In this document: piece by piece, positions 28,323 to 37,562 of the stretch
Position numbering within the stretch: the stretch's first letter is position 1
How the letters are laid out: each line of letters begins with the position of its first letter
Virus record (IMG/VR): IMGVR_UViG_3300031420_000399
Strand: one strand, 5' to 3'
DNA: 64,000 bases
Source of the DNA: a virus
Lineage: Duplodnaviria > Heunggongvirae > Uroviricota > Caudoviricetes
Position numbers and translations under genes: made by a program
Notes under the pieces: model-generated
What the model was told of the DNA's origin: nothing
Databases searched by the model: none
What the model saw: the letters and a program-made list of their open reading frames with translations, nothing else

Positions 28323-28616
28323 GTGGACGCATCGAAGCCCCTCGAGGACAGCCGACCACTCATCGAACAGGTCCGTGCTCGCACCGCAACGCCCTACCGC
28401 TGGATGGACATCCTCGTCTGGGAACAGAACTGGCTCAAGCTCAAGGGCCACAGCCAGGAAGAGATCGACGAGGCGCTCGAGAAAGCTCGCGAGCTCAACC
28501 GGGAAGACATGCGCGCAGACGCGGAGGCCTACAGTAGGCGGCAGGAGCGCATCCGATCGATTCAGACAGCCGAGAGAATCGCCCTGGAAGTTGACCGGAG
28601 CGCCCTGAGGGCGTAG
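28323..28616 (+). CDS. hypothetical protein
   Basis: AGAAGGAG SD before GTG 28323. Confidence 0.75.
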   Translation: MDASKPLEDSRPLIEQVRARTATPYRWMDILVWEQNWLKLKGHSQEEIDEALEKARELNREDMRADAEAYSRRQERIRSIQTAERIALEVDRSALRA

Positions 28617-28683
28617 GATGATTCCATAGGCAGGTTGCTTTCAGCCGGCCTTCAGACCTTCCCCTCCCTGATAGGAGCAAACC

Positions 28684-29049
28684 ATGGCCGAGAGCACCGC
28701 ACCCCAGGGTCTCGTGATCCTCTTCGATGATGAGCGTGAGTTCGTTCCTGGTTTCCGGGATGATGCGGTGATCGTCCGCTCAGTGGACGAGGCCAAGGAG
28801 CTCTTCGATGAGCTCAAGATCAATCCTCAGCCGGTTGCCGAACTCTGGCTCGACTATGTGCTCAAGGGCTGGGAGTCGACCGACCAGGCCCTGAGCGATC
28901 TCCCCGGCGGCCTCGTGGAGCGTGTGATCTACTGCTCCAGCTCCAGCTCCGCCTTCGGGCTCCTCGAGACCATCCTCAAGGAGGACACCGGCTTCTCGGG
29001 CGAGCTCGAACACGGCTGGATGGTCTTCCCGAAGGCCTTCAAGAAGTAA
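28684..29049 (+). CDS. cyclic-phosphate-processing receiver-like domain protein
   Basis: ILFDDERE..VRSVDEAKEL..ELWLDYVL, resembling LDD.R..LSLDHDLG. Confidence 0.6.
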   Translation: MAESTAPQGLVILFDDEREFVPGFRDDAVIVRSVDEAKELFDELKINPQPVAELWLDYVLKGWESTDQALSDLPGGLVERVIYCSSSSSAFGLLETILKEDTGFSGELEHGWMVFPKAFKK

Positions 29050-29123
29050 TCAGCAGGACCTGTCGACGGTTCGCAGCTGAACCTCGGCCCACTACACAAC
29101 AGCACAGAAGGAAAGAGTAGCTC

Positions 29124-29459
29124 ATGGCCACAGTCAAGGTAGAGATCTACGGAGCAAGCGACGATCTCGTCGAAGTCGAGGGAAAGATCAAGGGAGCCGA
29201 CGAGTACTCCTATGCCGATGGCACCTGGAAGGGAGTCCTCGAGGCTCCCAACGGCGAGAGCGCCCTGGTCTTCGTGGACTACAGGGACAACGGCTTCTGG
29301 ACAGTGAGCGTCACTCCCTACGAGGAGGGCTACAAGGTCTGGCCGGTGGAGTACGCCGTCATCGACGCCAACTGCCGCTACTCGCTCACCGCCACAGTCG
29401 AGGTCCCCGAGGGTACTGTCTTCAAGTCCCTCTCCAACGAGGATGAGGACGAGGACTGA
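29124..29459 (+). CDS. phage-type hypothetical protein
   Basis: IYGASDDLVEVEG motif. Confidence 0.85.
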   Translation: MATVKVEIYGASDDLVEVEGKIKGADEYSYADGTWKGVLEAPNGESALVFVDYRDNGFWTVSVTPYEEGYKVWPVEYAVIDANCRYSLTATVEVPEGTVFKSLSNEDEDED

Positions 29460-29462
29460 TCC

Positions 29463-29645
29463 GTGCTAGCTCGAGATCGCAACTATCCGGGCAAGGAGGA
29501 TGGGCTCGAGCCTCCGAAGCTCGCCGTGATCTACTACAACGGCGTTCGGAAGACCTTCTGGTACCGCGACAGAGAGGAAGTCTTCATGCCACCCGAGGAC
29601 GAAGATCTCAACCTTGACGATGATGGGGATGATCTCGAGAATTGA
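29463..29645 (+). CDS. small acidic hypothetical protein
   Basis: Follows 3 nt after the upstream stop. Confidence 0.6.
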   Translation: MLARDRNYPGKEDGLEPPKLAVIYYNGVRKTFWYRDREEVFMPPEDEDLNLDDDGDDLEN

Positions 29646-29693
29646 CCGTGGAGGTAGTTGCAGATCGGAGATCGATAATGTACAGTGGCACCC

Positions 29694-29972
29694 ATGACCA
29701 CCGCAACCGACTCCATCCAGGACTCCGTCAACCACATGCGCGATGTGGCAGCCAATGACCTCGTCTTCGCTGCCAACCGCGTCGAGATGAAGCGGACCAT
29801 CGACGGGCTCAAGGACGCCGAGCTCGGTTCTCAGTTCATCCCCGGTTCCTTCGAGATGGCTCACGACGGCCTGAGCTTCACTGCCCAGGTCGCTGAGGGA
29901 TTCGGCTACCGCTACCGGAGCTTCCGCCGGGGCGACTTCGTCACCTTCAACCAGCAGGGTGAGATCATCTGA
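29694..29972 (+). CDS. hypothetical protein
   Basis: Leaderless TTGCAG..TACAGT promoter. Confidence 0.85.
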   Translation: MTTATDSIQDSVNHMRDVAANDLVFAANRVEMKRTIDGLKDAELGSQFIPGSFEMAHDGLSFTAQVAEGFGYRYRSFRRGDFVTFNQQGEII

Positions 29973-29987
29973 GCTCAGCTCCAGCTG

Positions 29988-30030
29988 AACCGCCCACTAC
30001 CCTTCGAGGTGGTGGGCGGTTCTGCTTTTT
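29988..30030 (+). terminator. intrinsic terminator
   Basis: AACCGCCCACTACC-CTTCGA-GGTGGTGGGCGGTT plus a T-tract. Confidence 0.85.
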
Positions 30031-30126
30031 ATGTGCAAAAACAACATTCCGTATGGAGTATTAGAGAACAAAGTTGCTGGATCTAAGGAATCCAAGTACT
30101 TCGATTTGGGTGGAGACTTTCAATGA
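30031..30126 (+). pseudogene. 31-aa mini-ORF, possible toxin C-terminal remnant coupled to the Imm26-like gene
   Basis: MCKNNIPYGVLENKVAGSKESKYFDLGGDFQ; its TGA overlaps ATG 30123; AT-rich like the downstream gene. Confidence 0.35.
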
Positions 30127-30737
30127 GAAAGATTAGGCTAAAGCTAGGTGATGTGTTTCTCGCACCCTTTGATTACCTTGAAGATGACTACAAGAAAAAA
30201 CGCCCGCTTGGAATAGGCGAGAGAGTCTTCGCCATGCAGATTGTGGGAATGAGTCATCATGGTATGCCCACAGTAGCACTCTTTGACGGCGTGTACTCCT
30301 ATAGCGAAGATCTAGATCCTTCTCAGATCGTACAATCACCAGTTCTCGCAATCATTGAGCTCGTTCCGCTCTCCTTGAGTAGGGGAGAGTTCAAGCGTAT
30401 CTCAAACCAGCCGATCGATCCCACAATGCCATATATGGCCTACGAAGTCTACTCTCTGGGAAAGCGATACATCTCTCCCGCGAGCAACGGTAATCTGATG
30501 GTTCCTTCAGAAGAGGTAAATGTTAACCTTCCACGAGTCGGATTTTCAGCTACTGGCGGAATCATGTATGAACTAGCTCATGTGTTCATCTTGGATGAGG
30601 TAAAGGATGAATGGAAAGATGATCTTGAACGACATGCCAACTATGTGAGAGTGAGAGCTGAAGCGCTCGCTCGCAACTTCTTCAATGATGCAAAGGATCC
30701 TGAATGGGTGCGTGCTCAGATCGCAAGTACTAGATGA
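30123..30737 (+). CDS. Imm26-like immunity protein (foreign composition)
   Basis: MRKIRLKLGDVF..QIVG..VALFD..PVL..GEFKRISNQPI; visibly AT-richer codons than flanks. Confidence 0.6.
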   Translation: MRKIRLKLGDVFLAPFDYLEDDYKKKRPLGIGERVFAMQIVGMSHHGMPTVALFDGVYSYSEDLDPSQIVQSPVLAIIELVPLSLSRGEFKRISNQPIDPTMPYMAYEVYSLGKRYISPASNGNLMVPSEEVNVNLPRVGFSATGGIMYELAHVFILDEVKDEWKDDLERHANYVRVRAEALARNFFNDAKDPEWVRAQIASTR

Positions 30738-30785
30738 GTTCACTATCTGTTGCGGAAGGTGACAGATCCGTGTAGGATGGCGTCC

Positions 30786-31586
30786 ATGAATGGACATGAG
30801 AACATCATCACTGAGGTTTCACACGGCGTCGAGGTCATCTCCGGCGATGTTGCTGTAAGCGACTTCCTCAAGGAGGCCGTGGCCAAGACCGGCGGTAACC
30901 GGAAGTACTCCGGGAGCTTCGAGGACCTCGAGGACCTCACCATGGCCCACATGGAGAATTGGAAGCCCGGCACCGGCTCCGTGGACGGGGATGTCCGCAT
31001 CGTCACCGTGCCCACCGAGGGCTTCTTCACTGAGGTCGTCCGGATCACCGAGGAGAACCAGCGCTCCCTGGAGGTCGTCTACAACGCCCGTCGTGCCGGC
31101 GAGGAGGCAGTGCCCACGCTCATCTTGCGAGGCATCGACCCCTCTCCCGCAGCATCTGTGGGCATCGTGATCTACCGGGCCGATGTGCTCCAGAAGGACA
31201 ACGACCGCTCCTCCCTGGCCGAGTGGGAAATCGTGGCCATCCTCACGGACCCCGAGCTTCCGAACGGTGACACCGTTCCCATGAACCCGGCCACCATGGC
31301 CCGCAACGCAGCTGACCTCAAGGGTGGTACCCACCGGGAGTACAGTGCTGAGCAGTGGCTGGAGGCTACTCTCTTCTGGCAGCGCCACGCTCGAGTCGCT
31401 CCGGCTCTTCAGGTCGCCGAGCCCACCACGGAGGCCATCGAGGCACTGGCGAACGAGCTCCCCCTGGGCTACACGGCCAGGGATCAGGACTCCAACACCT
31501 TTGAGGCCGCCGAGCGCATCATCCGGGCCGGCTGGGAGCACCCCGACTTCCCGCTTCCCCGCAAGTCCTCGGTGGAGATGCTCTAG
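30786..31586 (+). CDS. hypothetical protein
   Basis: Leaderless TTGCGG..TAGGAT promoter; strong C3 bias. Confidence 0.85.
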   Translation: MNGHENIITEVSHGVEVISGDVAVSDFLKEAVAKTGGNRKYSGSFEDLEDLTMAHMENWKPGTGSVDGDVRIVTVPTEGFFTEVVRITEENQRSLEVVYNARRAGEEAVPTLILRGIDPSPAASVGIVIYRADVLQKDNDRSSLAEWEIVAILTDPELPNGDTVPMNPATMARNAADLKGGTHREYSAEQWLEATLFWQRHARVAPALQVAEPTTEAIEALANELPLGYTARDQDSNTFEAAERIIRAGWEHPDFPLPRKSSVEML

Positions 31587-31627
31587 CAGCCTGCAGTCAG
31601 CTATCTCTTCAAGGAAAGAGAGAAACC

Positions 31628-32338
31628 TTGGCCATCGTCTACCGAGTGGAAACCCCCGAGGGATTCGGTCCCTACTCGAAGATCGCTCCCGAGCTCACCT
31701 CCCACGAGAATCACCGCAGTCCCAGGGCTGAGGGTATCGAGTTCCCCTACTACTGGTACTTCGGATTCCGGGATCTCAGCCTGCTCACGCTCTGGTTCTC
31801 AGCTGTCGAGCTCGAGGAGCTCAAGGAGTACGGCCAGAGCTGGCTCCTGAGCAAGTACGAGGTCCCAGATGACCAGCTCCTGAGCACAGCATACCAGACA
31901 GTCTTCGACCGCCGCAGCTCTCAGTCGAAGCTCCTCGGCTGTCTACCCTTGGACATGCTTGCTGGATCGCCTCGCGGGAGGCTCTCGAAGGAGCGAATCG
32001 CTGAGCTCGAGGAGAGCTTTCAGCCCCATGAGTACTGCGAGCCACGACCTCGCTTCGGCCTGTTCGAGAAGACCAAAACGCTCGGGCTCGACGAGGGGAA
32101 GTATACGCTTCAGGAGATCATCGAGAGCCTGGAGGAAGGGCGCTACTACAGCGCCGTACTGAAGTCGGAGGCCCGAGAGGATCCTGAGGGCTATCCCATC
32201 AGGTTCTTCCTCTTCAGGGGTGGATCGCTCTACCCACTGAGAGGAGCCAAGTTCCAGCCTTACTCAGCTGAGTTTCAGCCCCTCTCGGTGGAGATAGCTC
32301 TAGCCGACAAGCTCGACCTGAGCACCTTCGGAGCTTAG
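31628..32338 (+). CDS. phage-type hypothetical protein
   Basis: VYRVE..GFGPY..FGF..L..WF motif seen in phage proteins; TTG start with SD. Confidence 0.75.
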   Translation: MAIVYRVETPEGFGPYSKIAPELTSHENHRSPRAEGIEFPYYWYFGFRDLSLLTLWFSAVELEELKEYGQSWLLSKYEVPDDQLLSTAYQTVFDRRSSQSKLLGCLPLDMLAGSPRGRLSKERIAELEESFQPHEYCEPRPRFGLFEKTKTLGLDEGKYTLQEIIESLEEGRYYSAVLKSEAREDPEGYPIRFFLFRGGSLYPLRGAKFQPYSAEFQPLSVEIALADKLDLSTFGA

Positions 32339-33084
32339 CCCTCGTCAGCCTCGGCGCTATCTGCAGCGCTGTCGTCAGCTACAGCAGGTGTCTGTGGCTC
32401 GAAGCGCAGCTTGAGCGCATCGTAGATCATCCTCAGGTCCGCCTCGTCCTCATAGTAGGAACTAGGGTCAAGGACGAACTTGATAGGATTCGGCACTGTC
32501 GGGAGGCCATTGTCATCGAAGATATAGCGGTCCCGATAGGAGCGGTTGATTTCATAGGGCTGCATCACCAGATTGTCGTCGGTGAGGGGCTTTCTTGGGT
32601 CCTTGTGGCCGCGCTCGAACTTACCCTTACTCATGGACTCGAAGAGTCTTCGCGAGCGGCTCACACTCGCATCTCTTCCAGCATCTGTGGTCAGATCCTG
32701 TGCGGAGTGAAGGTACTTGTCGCTGAAGGTGAGCGCTGCAAAGCCGTAAGCAGGGCTCTTCTCGGGGGTCTTGTCGAGCTTGATGCCCACTCGCTCAATC
32801 TTGTTGGCCCACTGGATGGAATCGCCACTAGTACGGCCGAGCTTCTCTCCGATTGCCGTCAGGTGAGAGCGGTCGAAGGCTAGACCGACATTGGCAGCGA
32901 AGAGCGCGATGATCTGATGGCTGATGTTCCGATCGCTTGGCTTCGAGGGGAGCTTCACGGTCGGATTCTTAGCGATGAACTTCTGCAGACCCTGTGGCCA
33001 AGATGTGGCCTTGGTGAAACCTGCGAGAACAGCGGCGAACTGCGCGTCTGTTACCTTCTGAAGAATGCGATTGTTTTGTACCAT
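32335..33084 (-). CDS. orphan HNH/His-Me-finger-like endonuclease (restriction-enzyme-like)
   Basis: ERGHKDP..DDNLVMQP..NRSYRDRYIFD; AGAAGGA SD before ATG 33084; opposite strand, AT-rich upstream; no MTase in the window. Confidence 0.6.
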   Translation of the reverse strand: MVQNNRILQKVTDAQFAAVLAGFTKATSWPQGLQKFIAKNPTVKLPSKPSDRNISHQIIALFAANVGLAFDRSHLTAIGEKLGRTSGDSIQWANKIERVGIKLDKTPEKSPAYGFAALTFSDKYLHSAQDLTTDAGRDASVSRSRRLFESMSKGKFERGHKDPRKPLTDDNLVMQPYEINRSYRDRYIFDDNGLPTVPNPIKFVLDPSSYYEDEADLRMIYDALKLRFEPQTPAVADDSAADSAEADEG

Positions 33085-33420
33085 GATGTTATTTCCTTCT
33101 GCCATTCAAGGCGTTCGTTAAGGATGATTTCCTTACATTGAATATCGGCATAAGTACGGTCAAAACTGCATTTCCAGACAAATAGTTTGTGAGTTACATG
33201 TGAAACTGCGCTTTGCGGCTATTTCATCCTAGAGCAGCGTAGCTGTCGTACCGAAGGCATCCGGTGAAGCGCTATGGGGCCATCCCAAAGACAGCAGGAG
33301 CCTGCCTGAGGCGGCTACCCCATCAGCACATGCGACGAATCGCGCTCAGTGTTCTCGGGGCTTAGAATGGAGACCTAAGAGACCGTTGCGCAGGCAGAGC
33401 GCAGGGTATAGGATCGAACC

Positions 33421-33906
33421 ATGAACGCCACCACAATCACCAAGGCCTACGGGCTCACCATCGCCGGAGACGCAGTCGAAGGCTACCGGATCTACGACGA
33501 GCAGGGCAAGCGCCTTGTCTTCGGAGGCGAGGTCGTCGGTAAGTTCATCGACGAGCAGGACGCCAACCACTACGCCTACGACTACCAGCGGAAGATGAAG
33601 GACCCGAAGCCCTACATCGATCCCCGCACCATGGAGCGCTCCGCCACGAACAACGGCTACTACAACCCCCGGATCGTCTGGCCGGAGCACGATGGTCGGA
33701 TGGTTCGCCGGGACCACCTCCGGCCGGGAGACATCGCGGTCTCGAGCCACTACGGCCCGAGCAAGGTCCTGAAGATCAGCCAGGGTGGCTACGACGGTCA
33801 GACCACGAGCATCACCTGGGAGGGTGGCTCGGAGCGCTTCCCCAAGACCGAGATCTACCCCAGCGACGGCACCATCGAGATGCTCTCCGAGGGCTGGACT
33901 CGCTGA
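33421..33906 (+). CDS. hypothetical protein
   Basis: Leaderless TTGCGC-N17-TAGGAT promoter. Confidence 0.85.
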   Translation: MNATTITKAYGLTIAGDAVEGYRIYDEQGKRLVFGGEVVGKFIDEQDANHYAYDYQRKMKDPKPYIDPRTMERSATNNGYYNPRIVWPEHDGRMVRRDHLRPGDIAVSSHYGPSKVLKISQGGYDGQTTSITWEGGSERFPKTEIYPSDGTIEMLSEGWTR

Positions 33907-33920
33907 CTCTGCTCCTCTGA

Positions 33921-33955
33921 AACCGCCCTTGATCTTTTGCTGGTCAGGGGCGGCT
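33921..33955 (+). terminator. hairpin terminator
   Basis: AACCGCCCTTGATC...GGTCAGGGGCGGCT. Confidence 0.6.
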
Positions 33956-34008
33956 TCTCTTGGTTTGAGGCCGTTGACGGAAGCCTGTGGACAGTGTAAG
34001 ATGGCTCC

Positions 34009-34380
34009 ATGGACACCACAGAAACCAAGCGACCGAAGCGACTGGTCCACATCTTCTGCGAGATCAGCAAGCACGAGTACTGCGACAAGGGAGACCAGGA
34101 TCAGTGCAAATGCCCCTGCCACTACGACACCGAGGTGCTCTACGGTAAGCACATCGCTGAGTTTGGCTACTCACTCTACCAGCTCAGCCGTAGCCTCCGG
34201 GGCGTCGGCCTCAGCGAAGAGTCCCGGCAGTCCCACTACCTAAAGCTCATTCAGGCAGCCGATGGTACCGTTGATCTCGGGGAGCGCACTCCCGAAGATG
34301 TCCTGGCTGCACTGCAGCCAACCCTCAGCAGGGACTACTGGTCCCGGGGTGAAACCATGGCCGATCTCGGCTTGAAGTAA
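34009..34380 (+). CDS. hypothetical protein with Cys/His cluster
   Basis: Leaderless TTGACG..TAAGAT promoter; C..HEYC..QCKCPCH. Confidence 0.8.
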   Translation: MDTTETKRPKRLVHIFCEISKHEYCDKGDQDQCKCPCHYDTEVLYGKHIAEFGYSLYQLSRSLRGVGLSEESRQSHYLKLIQAADGTVDLGERTPEDVLAALQPTLSRDYWSRGETMADLGLK

Positions 34381-34392
34381 GGAGTAAGATCC

Positions 34393-34974
34393 ATGGCCGA
34401 TCGGGCAACAGTAGAAGAGGTCCCCCTGGATCGCATCGAGGCCGTCGGTCAGATGCTCTACCTCTCGGGCGAAGAAACCAGCGACGAGGATCGAGCTGAG
34501 TACGAGGACTTCGTCGAGACCGTGAGCAAGGCCGTCAACGAAAGCGAAGAGGTTCGCAAGATGATGGCCGTCTATCTCGGAATCATCGACAGGGTTGAAG
34601 CTGACAAGCTGGCAGCCGAGGCCTACGCCAATCCGGTGGAGGTTGTTCCAAAGCCCGATCCCGCTCGGGATGAACTCATCGAAGAGCTTCGCCAGCTCAA
34701 CAGCGAGGCCACGAACTTCGATGTCCATCCCACAGTGGCGACCAAGATCTTCGGCGATGATGGAACCATTCTCGAGGAAGCAGCCGACTGGGGTACCAGT
34801 GACACGGTGATTCGAGAGGAGTCTTACAGCGTACTCTCTCAGGCGCTCATCGGTCGAGAGTGGCCCATGAACGGCGATAAGCTCACCGACGAGGAGTTCG
34901 ACACATTCCTTGCCGACCTCAAGACAGCCCACGACGAGCTCCTCGCAGAGCTTCAGGTAGAGCAGAAGGACTGA
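34393..34974 (+). CDS. hypothetical protein, paralogue family D copy 1
   Basis: AAGGAG SD; C-terminal half aligns with the next ORF. Confidence 0.85.
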   Translation: MADRATVEEVPLDRIEAVGQMLYLSGEETSDEDRAEYEDFVETVSKAVNESEEVRKMMAVYLGIIDRVEADKLAAEAYANPVEVVPKPDPARDELIEELRQLNSEATNFDVHPTVATKIFGDDGTILEEAADWGTSDTVIREESYSVLSQALIGREWPMNGDKLTDEEFDTFLADLKTAHDELLAELQVEQKD

Positions 34975-34979
34975 TTTCA

Positions 34980-35480
34980 GTGGTAGCAGATTTCTCCAGG
35001 GCACTCGTCGAGGACATCGCCGGGCGAGTCTATGGAGCGGAGAAGAGCACCGACTCCGAGTCAAAGGCAGCAGTTCGCAGGACTCTCGTAGCCCTGGCTG
35101 AGAGCCCCATTGCTCAGCGAGAGCTGGGGCTGCGCTTCGGCCCTCAGGCGGTGGCTACTCAGAAGGCAGAGGTGATCTCTGAGAGCCTCGAGTCGATCCG
35201 GGAACTCATTGCTCAGGAGGGTGGCTTCGAGGTCTCCCCGAAGGTCATCGCTACTCTCTTCAACGGCGAGGACTATCTCCTCAGCGATGTCGAAGACTTC
35301 GGCCTGAGCGACCGGGACACCCGAGAGAATGTGCTCAACTGCTTCGCCATCAACATCGGCTACGGTATCTGGCCCTACAACTCTGGGCTGGCCTTCGAGC
35401 GAGCTCAGTATGATGCAGGACTCGCAGGGCTCAAGGAGAAGCACGATGGTCTCTCGGACGCTCTCAAGCGCCGGCGCTGA
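34980..35480 (+). CDS. hypothetical protein, family D copy 2
   Basis: F.V.P.V..F..DFG.SD..RE..WP.N..LA.LK..HD.L shared with copy 1. Confidence 0.8.
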   Translation: MVADFSRALVEDIAGRVYGAEKSTDSESKAAVRRTLVALAESPIAQRELGLRFGPQAVATQKAEVISESLESIRELIAQEGGFEVSPKVIATLFNGEDYLLSDVEDFGLSDRDTRENVLNCFAINIGYGIWPYNSGLAFERAQYDAGLAGLKEKHDGLSDALKRRR

Positions 35481-35509
35481 GATAGTGTAGTAGGCAACAC
35501 ACCTCCGAT

Positions 35510-35548
35510 AGGCCGGAGGGCTCCAGTAACGGGGCCCTCCGGCCTTTT
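35510..35548 (+). terminator. intrinsic terminator
   Basis: AGGCCGGAGGGCTCC...GGGGCCCTCCGGCCT plus TTT. Confidence 0.85.
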
Positions 35549-35737
35549 CGCGCAATTAGCATAGAGGCTCCTGAGATCCACACGGAAAGCTGGATCATGA
35601 TATGCTACAGCTGAAGGACAAGGATGGTCCCTAGAACCCGAACAGACTAGGGCTCCCCATGGAGTCTGTTTCCCTGCGTCTTGCCGGTTCTAAACTCAGC
35701 CGAAGGATCGGCTAAGTTTTGGAAAAGTGGTTCACAG

Positions 35738-36496
35738 ATGAACAACCCGAAGAAGTCATCTCTAGATTCACGCCCCGGATCCCAGGAAGCTGGGTTTTCA
35801 CTCATCGATGTGGTGGTCACTGTGGCCATCGTCGTCGCCCTCGCTGTAGGGGGCCTGATAGCCTACAGCAACATCACTCAAAATGCCAGGAACAGCGTGC
35901 TGGAATCTACAGCTACGACTGTTTACTGGAGCGTGCTCACAGCCGATAGCCTGGGAACAGATCCGGGGGTGGTGATCGACTCCTATAACTCTCAGGCAGG
36001 GCCGAACGACCCAAGGGTAGATATGTGCCTGTCAACTAAGCCCTACGGAGTTGTCGCTTTCTACGGAGATGACAGCTCTAAGGGCGTGGTTCGAGGGAGC
36101 TGTGACGCCAAACAGAAGGTCCTGATCAGCTCAGACGATCAGAAGGTCACAGAGCCGAAGATCCTCTCGGCTACCCCCGATCGGGGTAGCTCAACAGATC
36201 GAGTCGAGTACATGGTCTCTGGGCTCACCCGGGGCCAGGGCTACATGCTTACGCTGCGACTCGCTCCGGGGGACAGCCCCAACGGTTCCGTCCGAGCGAT
36301 CCTTCCAAGCGGCGCTGAGAATAGGGCGATCTACTCTCAGGAGCCCATGGAGTTCGAGGTGATGTGGGTGGCTGATTCAGATCTTGATCAGCCCATTCGC
36401 TTCGACTCGGACTCCCACGATGTGCTCAATCGCTCCGGGGAAAGCTGGATGAGATCAGCCGACCTGAAGATCGTAGAGTCAACTCCAGATCAGTAG
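35738..36496 (+). CDS. type IV prepilin-like N-terminal protein with extended C-terminal domain
   Basis: QEAG|FSLIDVVVTVAIVVALAVGG class III signal (E5 replaced by D). Confidence 0.75.
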   Translation: MNNPKKSSLDSRPGSQEAGFSLIDVVVTVAIVVALAVGGLIAYSNITQNARNSVLESTATTVYWSVLTADSLGTDPGVVIDSYNSQAGPNDPRVDMCLSTKPYGVVAFYGDDSSKGVVRGSCDAKQKVLISSDDQKVTEPKILSATPDRGSSTDRVEYMVSGLTRGQGYMLTLRLAPGDSPNGSVRAILPSGAENRAIYSQEPMEFEVMWVADSDLDQPIRFDSDSHDVLNRSGESWMRSADLKIVESTPDQ

Positions 36497-36504
36497 GCTA
36501 CCGT

Positions 36505-36549
36505 CTAGGCTGCTACAGCGAATGCGCCTGAATCGCTGTAGCAGCCTAG
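36505..36549. terminator. perfect 17-bp inverted repeat
   Basis: CTAGGCTGCTACAGCGA / TCGCTGTAGCAGCCTAG. Confidence 0.75.
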
Positions 36550-36672
36550 CGCTCGCTTCGATGGGTACTCTAGGCCCGGCGAGGCCCATCGATAGATCCC
36601 GATGCCCATTGTGGATGGACTCGTTCACAGTGTATAGTAGGTAATCACCACCCTACGATCCAGGAGGATCCA

Positions 36673-36948
36673 GTGACTCGAGCAGAATCGAAGACCATCT
36701 CCGAAGGGTTCAGCGCTCCGGTAGAGCTCGCGGCCCTCATGGAGTCAGTCAACGCAGCCTCCGACTTCGAGGAGTACTACGAGGCGAGCTCCCAGGCGCG
36801 GACTTACGGGCTCTACCTGCGACCCGGCTTCTACGGCCAGGGCCGGAAGATTCCCTCGACTCAGATCGAGGATGTGCGCAGCGCCAGTGATCAGGCTGCG
36901 CTCACTGGAATCCTCCTTGAGATCAACTACGGCGAGCAGGCCTTCTAA
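36673..36948 (+). CDS. hypothetical protein
   Basis: AGGAGG SD before GTG. Confidence 0.8.
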   Translation: MTRAESKTISEGFSAPVELAALMESVNAASDFEEYYEASSQARTYGLYLRPGFYGQGRKIPSTQIEDVRSASDQAALTGILLEINYGEQAF

Positions 36949-37035
36949 AAGGTTGTGGTCAGACTGCCGGTTGCGGCGAGGAAGATAGCCGTGTAGGGCG
37001 TTTCTACCACATCCACCACAGTCCAGGAGGACACA

Positions 37036-37383
37036 ATGAACAATTACGACGAGGACGCTCCAGTCCACGAGGAGTTCAACGCTCGCGCAGATGCCATCGT
37101 CTATCCGAGCGCTGACGCTTACCGGGGCCGCCAGGAAGCCCGCAATCAGGCCATGGGGATCTACCGGGCTGCCAACGCTGAGGTCACCCGAGACTTCGGC
37201 GCGGCGCTGGCACAGCGCTACATCGCGCCCACGGTTGATTCCGCCCACCTGGAAGCAGTTGCTACCCCTGTCTTCCGGGCCGCCTGGGACCAGGGTCACT
37301 CTGCTGGCTACAGTGAGGTCGAGAACTACTACATCGACTACGCTGAGATCGCGACCAACGCCTACACGGTCGCTCGGAGCTGA
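37036..37383 (+). CDS. hypothetical protein, paralogue family E copy 1
   Basis: AGGAGG SD; AWDQGHSAGYSEVENYYID. Confidence 0.85.
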   Translation: MNNYDEDAPVHEEFNARADAIVYPSADAYRGRQEARNQAMGIYRAANAEVTRDFGAALAQRYIAPTVDSAHLEAVATPVFRAAWDQGHSAGYSEVENYYIDYAEIATNAYTVARS

Positions 37384-37405
37384 GCTGCTCAGCTCTAGCA
37401 AGCTC

Positions 37406-37445
37406 AAGGAGGGTCCCGAAACACTGTGGCTTCGGGACCCTCCTT
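37406..37445 (+). terminator. hairpin terminator
   Basis: Perfect 15-bp stem AAGGAGGGTCCCGAA / TTCGGGACCCTCCTT. Confidence 0.85.
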
Positions 37446-37562
37446 CTGTTGGCAAACTCATCCAGACTTCTTTCTCAGGAGAGTTGCACTGCTCCGGGCC
37501 GCCGTGTAATGTTCCTACTACACCGCACAAACACCACGCAGAACTTGAAGGAGAATCACATC

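Noticed and set aside
31628-32000. Possible ADP-ribosyltransferase fold in the RVE..GPY protein
   Set aside because: I could not identify the full R-S-E or H-Y-E catalytic set, so it is left as hypothetical
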